The notes under the pieces are model-generated. The model worked only from the letters and a program-made list of their open reading frames with translations, did no database searches and had not been told where the DNA came from. Positions 54,805 to 62,181 of a DNA stretch of 63,556 nucleotides are shown here, piece by piece; position 1 is the first letter of the stretch; every line of letters starts with the position of its first letter. Position numbers and translations under genes: made by a program. Source of the DNA: Myxococcales bacterium. GTDB taxonomy: Bacteria; Myxococcota_A; UBA9160; UBA4427. The stretch lies in the NCBI GenBank assembly GCA_012959665.1, contig DUCT01000222.1, forward strand, positions 1 through 63,556, written 5' to 3'.

Positions 54805-54866
54805 TATTCCACGTAACGCTTATTCCACGTAGCACCTATTCCACGTAGCCCTATTCCACGTAGCCA
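54805..54866. repeat. Tandem repeat, 4 x 15-16 bp (TATTCCACGTAGCNN) that includes the last five codons and stop of the upstream gene
   Basis: TATTCCACGTA starts at 54805, 54821, 54837 and 54852. On the minus strand unit 4 reads GGC TAC GTG GAA TAG, the end of the 837-aa gene. Unit 3 repeats it in frame (GGC TAC GTG GAA TAG). Units 2 and 1 carry TAA/TAG variants. Confidence 0.92.
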
Positions 54867-57364
54867 AGTGCGCGCAAATTCTCATGCACTTCCGAATCCA
54901 ACGGCTCGGCCTCCACGGGAGAAAATTGCATTTTCGCATCAAGGCTGATCTTTGATTCCAGCATCTGCCGCAGGGTATGCGCGGCAACCGGCCTCTCGGC
55001 CCATCGATCGTTCTTCTCGTCGGGATCGTTTTCCAGATCGTAGAGTTCATAGGCATGATGCAGTTGCCCTTTTCTCTGGCTCGTTCGCACGAGTTTCCAC
55101 TCACCGAACCGGAGGGATGTCAGTTTTTTCGAGCGGTAGTAGTTCGTGCCCTCGTCATAGAGCAAAAGATTGGACCAAGCATAAATCGAGGGCGGAGAAC
55201 CCGCGGCGGCGGGCATGCCCAGCATCTCGGGAAGCAAGCTCTTGCCGTGAATTGTTTCCGGCACTGCCAGGCCCATCATGTCGAGCAGCGTTGGGGCCAC
55301 ATCGGCTAGCTGCACCAACGCTTCGCTCCGCCCTCCCTCGGGCAACACCCCAGGCAGGGAGAAAATCAACGGGACTCGAACCTCTTCCTGGTAGAGCGAT
55401 CGACCGTGGCCCCATATCCCGTGGTCGAACAATTGCTCTCCATGGTCGGAGAGGAAAACCACCAGGGTTCGATCCCGCTGCCCCGACGCCTCAAGGCGCT
55501 CCAGCAGCGCACCAAAATACCCATCGATGAAGCTGACCTCTGCGCTGTAGAGCGAACGGATCTCGCGTTTGGCGGACTCATCGAGCCATGGACCGTGGTC
55601 ATTCACCGCCTTGAAGACAAGCAGGTGTTCCGTGTATTCCTTCAACCAGCCATCCACGTTTCCCGAATATCCAAAATCATACATTTCCGAGTAGGGCGCC
55701 GGGGCCGCGTAGGGCGAGTGCGGATCGATTTCGTGAAGCACGGCGAATACAGGCTTCTCATCCTGGGCCTCGAAGCCCTGGGCGAGGAATCGGTCCCAGA
55801 CCCGCCCGGCCTGAGCCTCGGGCGAGGGCGCCTCGAGAAGCGTGCTGTCCCGTTCGGCGAAGTAGTCGAATAAGTGTGCATAGCCGCGACCGAACCCAAA
55901 CTCCTTGGAGAAGTGAGCATTGTTCGACACAGCCAGGGTCAGGTAACCCGACTCGGCGAACAACTCGGGCAAATAGGGAACCGACTCGGGAAGCGATGAG
56001 TTCGGATCCAGCACCGTATGCCCCGACGGGTGCAGGCCCGTCCAGAGCGACGCCACCGAGGGCCGTGTCCAGGATGCATTCGCGTGGGCCTGATCAAAGC
56101 TGAAACCGCGCTGGGCGAACTGGGTCAATGCCGGGGTCTTGACGGTCTGGCTTCCGTACGGCTCCAGGTAATCGGCGCGGAGCGTATCAAAAAGCACGAC
56201 CAGCACGTTGTACGGCTTGCGCTCCAGGGACAGCAGTACGTCCTGTTCGAACTCGACGCCTTCGATGCGCGCGCGCTCCAGGCGGATCGTGCCTTCGCCG
56301 TCGCCGCCCGTATAGGGCCGGAAAATGGCCTGGATGGCCGCCATCTGTCCGGAATAATCGGCGAGGTCGATATCCAATTCCCGCTCGCCGAACTCCTCCG
56401 CAGCCAGTTCGGCGACGACACTTTCCGCCCCCGATTCGGCCCGCACGACCACCTGCCAAAGACCGCCGCTCGAGTTCGAACGGGCTCCCCGTTGGAGATT
56501 CATCTTGAGGCGGGCACTCTGAGGAAGCACGTAATGCCAGGCGATCACCGAGTTCTGGGGCTGAAGAATCCGATTCCCCTCGGCGGAGACGCGCTCCTGG
56601 GAATTGGCCGGCTCGCGCCCTGTCCCGGACAGTTGAAAGTCATAGAGCCTGACCCCCACTTGGCGCGAGTCGAAGGAAAGCCCCACCGCGATCGGGCTGA
56701 TCCAATAGAGGGGTGCGATGACCAGCCGATTGAGACCCGGTCGTTGCGCCTCGGCGGGCAAGCTGATTTCCAGGGTCTGCCTCTCCCAACCCAAGAGGAA
56801 GCGTCCGAGATCCACGTCGTTCCAGAACACCCGGATGTTCTGATGCGGCAGCTTGCCCCGGGCGTCCAGGGGGGCAAGATCCAGGGTGAGCTTGCGATCC
56901 TTGACCTCCAGAACCACGATCTCCACGACAGACTTCGGCCCCTTCGACCAAATAGCGCGCCGTTGAGCATCGACGTACTGAAGCGTGTACCAGCCCTGGG
57001 TAAACCTCGCCTCCTCCCGTCGGTCGAAGACCGAGCCCAAGGTTTCATACCCGACCCAGGCCGCCGGAAGATCTTCAACCATGTCCAACACAACCGGGCG
57101 CTCCCGACCGGGTTCGGATTCTCCAGGGAGCGACTCGGAAAGCCGGGTGTCCGCGGACTCGCCGCAGCCAGCGAGCAAAGCGGCAAGAATCAACGAGACG
57201 ACAAGAAACCCAGCCGAGCCAAGAGACCCGATAAAACGAAGGAAACGACTCAATCCCCTCGCCCTCCGCGCTTTGCCCAGCGGCCCTGAGGCGATAGGGC
57301 ACGGGGAGGATGAAGCACGATCGACTCCCATAATCCCCGACATGCTCTGGTCTCCAAGCGCCAA
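54851..57364 (-). CDS. Sulfatase-fold (alkaline-phosphatase superfamily) lipoprotein with Thr in the nucleophile position and a large N-terminal domain of unknown function
   Basis: 837 aa. Lipobox LLAGC at about residue 67. Residues about 68-380 match no family I recognise. The sulfatase-like domain starts at YNVLVVLFDTLRADYL, followed by NASWTRPSVASLWTG (Thr where Cys/Ser-type sulfatases have C/S-x-P-x-R), FLSDHGE and WGHG. Confidence 0.88.
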   Translation of the reverse strand: MALGDQSMSGIMGVDRASSSPCPIASGPLGKARRARGLSRFLRFIGSLGSAGFLVVSLILAALLAGCGESADTRLSESLPGESEPGRERPVVLDMVEDLPAAWVGYETLGSVFDRREEARFTQGWYTLQYVDAQRRAIWSKGPKSVVEIVVLEVKDRKLTLDLAPLDARGKLPHQNIRVFWNDVDLGRFLLGWERQTLEISLPAEAQRPGLNRLVIAPLYWISPIAVGLSFDSRQVGVRLYDFQLSGTGREPANSQERVSAEGNRILQPQNSVIAWHYVLPQSARLKMNLQRGARSNSSGGLWQVVVRAESGAESVVAELAAEEFGERELDIDLADYSGQMAAIQAIFRPYTGGDGEGTIRLERARIEGVEFEQDVLLSLERKPYNVLVVLFDTLRADYLEPYGSQTVKTPALTQFAQRGFSFDQAHANASWTRPSVASLWTGLHPSGHTVLDPNSSLPESVPYLPELFAESGYLTLAVSNNAHFSKEFGFGRGYAHLFDYFAERDSTLLEAPSPEAQAGRVWDRFLAQGFEAQDEKPVFAVLHEIDPHSPYAAPAPYSEMYDFGYSGNVDGWLKEYTEHLLVFKAVNDHGPWLDESAKREIRSLYSAEVSFIDGYFGALLERLEASGQRDRTLVVFLSDHGEQLFDHGIWGHGRSLYQEEVRVPLIFSLPGVLPEGGRSEALVQLADVAPTLLDMMGLAVPETIHGKSLLPEMLGMPAAAGSPPSIYAWSNLLLYDEGTNYYRSKKLTSLRFGEWKLVRTSQRKGQLHHAYELYDLENDPDEKNDRWAERPVAAHTLRQMLESKISLDAKMQFSPVEAEPLDSEVHENLRALGYVE

Positions 57365-57548
57365 CCGTTGAGGCTTTTTCGTCCCCCGGCCTCACTTCAT
57401 CCAGCCTCCAAGGAGGAAGTCCGGACGTGCTCTGCAACGATTCGAGCAATAATGGCCATCATACCGACTTTCCCAATGCGCTGCTCTTTCCAATCGACCC
57501 AAAATGATCTTCCAGGACTCGCGATCGAACCACCGGCGATCCTTGGGT

Positions 57549-57597
57549 GGCCGATGGTCGAGGCCGATGGTCGAGGTCGCTGGTCGAGGTCGCTGAG
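57549..57597. repeat. Tandem repeat, about 4 x 13 bp (GGYCGMTGGTCGA)
   Basis: GGCCGATGGTCGA x2, GGTCGCTGGTCGA, then a truncated GGTCGCTGAG. Lies in the divergent region between the sulfatase-fold gene and the SGNH-like/MBOAT genes. Confidence 0.88.
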
Positions 57598-57617
57598 TTT
57601 CGCGTCATCTTCAACCG

Positions 57618-57716
57618 CTCATCCATCCCCTCATAATCCATCCCGCATGATGCATCCCCGACAATGCATCCCGGACAATGCATCCCCGACAATCCATCCC
57701 CCACAATGCATGAGGA
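57618..57716. repeat. Tandem repeat, 7 x 14-15 bp (ACAATGCATCCCCG)
   Basis: (C/G)CATCCC cores at 57623, 57638, 57652, 57666, 57680 and 57694, plus a degenerate GCATG at 57708. The unit contains the palindrome ATGCAT. Same divergent intergenic region as the 13-bp array. Confidence 0.9.
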
Positions 57717-57831
57717 CAGATGGAAAAATCGCCTTCGGGATGCGGGCGCGGTAGGATGGTGCTTCATCACCAACCCCTTAAGCGGGTTGAATCTGCAAGG
57801 CTATGGAGCAAACCCCAGGGAGTAAAACCGG

Positions 57832-59043
57832 TTGGCCGGAAAGGATCCTGAAGGAGCGGGAATGCCCCCGAAGCCCCCGATTTTTTGGAGTTCGCTTCTC
57901 TTTGCCGGCAGCCTCCTGACCTCAGCCCTGGTCGTCATCCTCGGAGTCTTCAGCCTCGCCGGACAACTTCCGGCCCAGCCCTGGCAGACCGCCATCGGCG
58001 TGATGGACAGGATCCTCCCGAACCTCGAAGAGCTCGAGAAGCAAGCGCTCGAAACAATTCCCAGACAAATTGCGGTTCTCGGCGACTCAACCGTCGACTT
58101 CTACCCAGTGAACGAGAAAGTTCCAGACCGACTTCAGCAGGCTCTCGCGCGTTCATCGCCCCCGGCCCCGCCGGTAGCGGTCACGAACCTGGCCTTCCTC
58201 GCGTTGGGGCCCACGGCCTACTATTTCCTCGCGGATCGAATTGCCGCAAGCCGGCCCGACTTGATCGTCTGGGCGGTTAGCCTCACCCACGCCTCGGAGC
58301 GGTGGCGCCGATCCCTGCCCCGCCCAGAACTCGCGGGGTGGATGGCCGCCGAGCGAATCCCCAGCACTCTGACGATGCCCATCGACGATATCGGCCTGAC
58401 CGCCGACGAGTTGCTTTTCTATCAACTGCTCGTCCGGGCCGACCCGGGAAGCCAGTGGCGCGACCTTCGGGTCAACCTGTCGCGAATCGACAAGTTCAGA
58501 GCCAAGTCGGAAGAATGGCTGGCGCAATTCACCGGGACCCAGCCCGAAAAAGGCTTCGGGATAGTCTCGGCCTTGAAAAAACTCAAGAGCCACAAACACC
58601 CCGATCTACCCGACCGCTACAACCGGCTCGGCGAAATTGAACATTTCGGAAGCGCTCTCGATGGAATCGACTCTGGACATCCCACGGTCCGTTTCATCGG
58701 CGCCGCTGTTCAGGTTTTTTCCGAGGCGGGGATCCCTGTCCTCGTCTACTTGAATCCAGTCAACATCCAGCACCTCGAAAAGGTCGGCGTGGTCGAGGCC
58801 CCAAAGCTCAGGCGCTCGGTGAATGCCTATCGGGAAGCCGTGGAGAACAGCGGCGGTTTCTTCCTTGATCTCCACACCGCCTTCCCAGACAACCACTTCA
58901 GCGACATGTCTGGGCATTTCCGACACGATGACGAGATCGAGGCCCAAACCGAACTGGCCGAGACCCTGGCTCGCTACATCCTGGACAAGGGGATACTCGA
59001 CGCGCAACGGGCCGAGGCCGCCGAGATGGGGAGAGCAAAATAG
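57832..59043 (+). CDS. Membrane-anchored hypothetical protein, possible SGNH/AlgJ-PatB-like partner of the downstream MBOAT
   Basis: 403 aa. N-terminal TM helix (IFWSSLLFAGSLLTSALVVILGVF). IAVLGDSTVDFY resembles SGNH block I (GDS). FSDMSGHFRHDD near the C-terminus is a possible block V. The stop overlaps the MBOAT GTG start. The functional call is tentative. Confidence 0.6.
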   Translation: MAGKDPEGAGMPPKPPIFWSSLLFAGSLLTSALVVILGVFSLAGQLPAQPWQTAIGVMDRILPNLEELEKQALETIPRQIAVLGDSTVDFYPVNEKVPDRLQQALARSSPPAPPVAVTNLAFLALGPTAYYFLADRIAASRPDLIVWAVSLTHASERWRRSLPRPELAGWMAAERIPSTLTMPIDDIGLTADELLFYQLLVRADPGSQWRDLRVNLSRIDKFRAKSEEWLAQFTGTQPEKGFGIVSALKKLKSHKHPDLPDRYNRLGEIEHFGSALDGIDSGHPTVRFIGAAVQVFSEAGIPVLVYLNPVNIQHLEKVGVVEAPKLRRSVNAYREAVENSGGFFLDLHTAFPDNHFSDMSGHFRHDDEIEAQTELAETLARYILDKGILDAQRAEAAEMGRAK

Positions 59044-60449
59044 TGCTCTTCAACAGCCCCCAATTCGCAATTTTCCTCCTCGCCGTGTTGAGCCTCTACC
59101 GCGTGGTTCCCACGCGGTACCGCAATCCCCTGATTCTTGGCGCGAGCCTCGTCTTCTACACGCTCTGGCTTCCCGCGTACCTGATCCTGCTCGGAGCGGA
59201 CATCGCCGTCAACTATGCCCTGCTCCACGGCATTGCCCGAGGTCGGAGCCCCCGACTCTACTTGGGGGCCTCGATTGCCTTCACCTTGGGGCTGCTGGTT
59301 TTTTTCAAATACGCCGCAATGCTCGTCGGAACCGCGCTTCCCGTCCTCGAGGGCGTCTTCGCCGTGTCACCGGCGATTCCCGACTTCTTCCTTCCCCTGG
59401 GCATTTCCTTCTACAGCTTCCAAATCCTCGCGTTCAGCATCGATACGTATCGCGGAGAAACACCAGAGCTTCCCAGCCTCTCCCGCTATGCGCTCTTTAT
59501 TTCCTTTTTTCCTCAACTCGTCGCGGGGCCGATTCTCCGTGGAGCCCAGTTCCTCCCCCAACTCGCGAGAGGCGGAGAAATCACCGCCGAGCGGACTCGC
59601 CGCGGCTTCTGGCTTCTCGGCATCGGGCTTGCCAAGAAGGTGATCCTCGCCGACTACCTGCTCTCGGGTTTTTCGGATCTTGTCTTCGACGCTCGCGGTG
59701 TCGAAGCCCCCGTCTTTTACTGGGTTGCTCTCTACAGTTTCGCGTTCCAGATTTATTACGACTTTTCCGGGTATACCGACATGGCGCGGGGAATCGCCCT
59801 GCTTCTCGGCTTTGAACTTCCTCTCAACTTCATGGAGCCATACCTCTCCCGCGACCCCTCGGAGTTCTGGCGCCGCTGGCATATCACCCTCTCCCGCTGG
59901 TTGAGCGACTACCTCTATATCCCGCTGGGCGGAAACCGCCGGGGGCCTACGCGAACGCTCATCAACCTGATGCTCACGATGCTACTGGGCGGCCTTTGGC
60001 ATGGAGCCAGCTGGAACTTCGTGATTTGGGGAGGGATCCATGGGTTGATTCTGGTGATTCACCGGGGCCTGGGACTTCGCCGAACCACCCCGGACACCCC
60101 CATGAGTTGGGGGGACATTCCGCGTATCCTGATTTTCTTCCATCTCACTTGCTTGGCGTGGGTGTTCTTCCGAGCCGCGGACTTTGCGGCCGCCCTCGAG
60201 TTCATTGGTCATCTTTTTACGGGGACCAACACCTTCGGCCTTCCGCTGATGCAGATGGCGGTGATCGGATTCTGCGTCCTGCTCCATGGAGCCGAACGAT
60301 CCCTGCGCACCCAACTACCCAGCCTGAGGAGTCGGCTCGCTCAAAGGCCGTGGGGAAGCGCCTTGGAAGGCGCGGTGCTCGGAGTCCTGATCGGCGGGGC
60401 GATCGTCACTTCGGGGGTCGGGGGCGACTTCATCTACTTCCAGTTCTAG
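59043..60449 (+). CDS. MBOAT-family membrane-bound O-acyltransferase (AlgI/DltB/PatA-like)
   Basis: 468 aa. MLFNSPQFAIFLL..., FYSFQILAFSIDTYRG, FWRRWHITLSRWLSDYLYIPLGGNR, and GGLWHGASWNFVIWGGIHG (conserved His). Confidence 0.93.
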   Translation: MLFNSPQFAIFLLAVLSLYRVVPTRYRNPLILGASLVFYTLWLPAYLILLGADIAVNYALLHGIARGRSPRLYLGASIAFTLGLLVFFKYAAMLVGTALPVLEGVFAVSPAIPDFFLPLGISFYSFQILAFSIDTYRGETPELPSLSRYALFISFFPQLVAGPILRGAQFLPQLARGGEITAERTRRGFWLLGIGLAKKVILADYLLSGFSDLVFDARGVEAPVFYWVALYSFAFQIYYDFSGYTDMARGIALLLGFELPLNFMEPYLSRDPSEFWRRWHITLSRWLSDYLYIPLGGNRRGPTRTLINLMLTMLLGGLWHGASWNFVIWGGIHGLILVIHRGLGLRRTTPDTPMSWGDIPRILIFFHLTCLAWVFFRAADFAAALEFIGHLFTGTNTFGLPLMQMAVIGFCVLLHGAERSLRTQLPSLRSRLAQRPWGSALEGAVLGVLIGGAIVTSGVGGDFIYFQF

Positions 60450-60469
60450 CCGTCGCCGAGCAGAACGAG

Positions 60470-61441
60470 TCACACGTGATTTCGGAGCATGAGTTCCTTG
60501 GGATGGGGGTCGAGAAAAAGCTGTCCTATCAGGGACTCAATTTCATACTTACGAACGTAGTGCCTCAAAAGCGTGACGGGGACAACCAGGGGAATCAACC
60601 CGGTCCGATACTCATTCACAATATCGGCCAATTCCATCCGAGACGCGGAATCCAAGTGTTTCTTCAAGTGCCCGGCTGCGTGCTGCAAGACATTTGAGTT
60701 TCGTCCACGGGACGCCAGCAGGGCAAACGCAGCCATGAACCCGCCCCGGTACTGGTCACGGAAAGCAGCCCGCGGCGCGCCTTTAATCTCCCCAACAAGG
60801 CGCCCAAGTTCTCGGTACGCCACCGTCGAGTGCGCCATGATCTGGAGCTTGTGCACCGAGTGAAATCGCACCACATCCGCTGCCGACCAACGCCCCTCGA
60901 AGAGATCGCAGACCCGGCGGTAGGCAAAAATTCTTTCGATGAAATTCTCCCGAAGCCTGGCGTCGCGAAGCCGACCCTCCTCCTCAACGGGCAACTCCGG
61001 ATAGGCGTCCATCAACGCCCCAGCATAGAGGCCCACGCCATTCCGGGCGGGCATCGACTTCTTCCCGTACACCTTGACCCGGGTCATCCCGCAACTCGGT
61101 GAGTCCTTCTTCAGCACATAGCCGGACAACCCGAGTTCCTTCAGGGTCCGGACACGCTTGACCGAATATTTCTCCATGGCAGCGGTATGTTCGAGGCCCG
61201 ACTTGATCTCCACCATGCGAACCCCCTCCCCAGTATCGACCAGGCGAAGGGCCGGTCGCGGCGTCCCCATTCCGACCTCGACTTCCGGGCAGACGGGAAC
61301 CCATTCGACGAACTGGCCAAGCTGCTCCGTAGAGAAGTGATCCCGCTTGTGACCTCCATCAAAACGCACCTTGTTCCCCAAAAGACACGACGAGATCCCC
61401 AAACGAAGAGGGGTCGACTGGGGCTTTGTTTTCGCATTCAT
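60470..61441 (-). CDS. DUF523 + DUF1722 two-domain protein (YbgA-like)
   Basis: 323 aa. [19 protein letters not shown]...[16 protein letters not shown] (DUF523), then a helical C-terminal half (...HKLQIMAHS...LRHYV) resembling DUF1722, as in E. coli YbgA. Confidence 0.88.
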   Translation of the reverse strand: MNAKTKPQSTPLRLGISSCLLGNKVRFDGGHKRDHFSTEQLGQFVEWVPVCPEVEVGMGTPRPALRLVDTGEGVRMVEIKSGLEHTAAMEKYSVKRVRTLKELGLSGYVLKKDSPSCGMTRVKVYGKKSMPARNGVGLYAGALMDAYPELPVEEEGRLRDARLRENFIERIFAYRRVCDLFEGRWSAADVVRFHSVHKLQIMAHSTVAYRELGRLVGEIKGAPRAAFRDQYRGGFMAAFALLASRGRNSNVLQHAAGHLKKHLDSASRMELADIVNEYRTGLIPLVVPVTLLRHYVRKYEIESLIGQLFLDPHPKELMLRNHV

Positions 61442-62015
61442 TTCCTGGCTCCGATGCTTTGAGCCTGTCTGAAGCGGTCCAGTGCAACTTCTCGGCGCTT
61501 GGCATGATCAACCGAGGGTTGCGGATAGCCTGCCGGGGACTCTCCCGCGTGGGGGGTGTGTATGGATCGATCGGGCACATCGCGCAATTCCGGGACCCAG
61601 CGCCGAACATAGCGTCCACCGGGGTCCCAGCGCTGTCCCTGGGTCGTCGCGTTGACGATTCGAAAATAGGGCTGGGCGTCGGTTCCCGTGGAAGCCGCCC
61701 ATTGCCATCCCCCACTGTTGGATGCCCTCCTCCCAGGGAGCGAATCTCCCGGGATCGGTAAACGACGCGGTCGGAACGGGGCGGGTCGCGGTTCGCGAGT
61801 TCCTCGCCCAGACGATCCAGGCAATCCAGCAAGAAACGCACCCGGGGCTGGCCCGAATTCATTCGCGAAAAAATTCTTGGGTCGAGCACGAAGATCGGAA
61901 GCCACTCTTCCACGCGCTCTGACAGCGCGGCGAGCGCGGTATTGTCCTGGAAGCGCAGATCGTTCCGAAACCAATGTATTCCGCGCACGCTCGGCACTGC
62001 CCCGCCCGGGCTCAC
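61438..62015 (-). pseudogene. phr: Deoxyribodipyrimidine photolyase remnant (internal deletion plus frameshift)
   Basis: One frame (from 62015) gives a photolyase N-terminus of about 75 aa: [19 protein letters not shown]...LPIFVLDP...[21 protein letters not shown] different frame (about 61725 to 61438) gives the extreme C-terminus: [47 protein letters not shown]...[13 protein letters not shown]. The roughly 300 residues normally between them are missing. Confidence 0.75.
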
Positions 62016-62181
62016 TGGAGAATCCGATTTTTCGAACCCACGATTTTTTGCACAATCCCTGTGACCGAACCGAAATTCAGCCTCAAATGCTCATCTCGCC
62101 CTATATTTACATCACTGAGTCCCACAGACCCACGTGCAGCACGCGCCAATGCCAGCCCGTTGAAAGTCCTAAGGAGAGCCT

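Noticed and set aside
48812-57716. Possibility that the tandem arrays are CRISPR arrays
   Set aside because: The units are 11-16 bp and directly adjacent, with no unique spacers between them. No cas genes are present in the window. CRISPR repeats are 23-50 bp and are separated by spacers.
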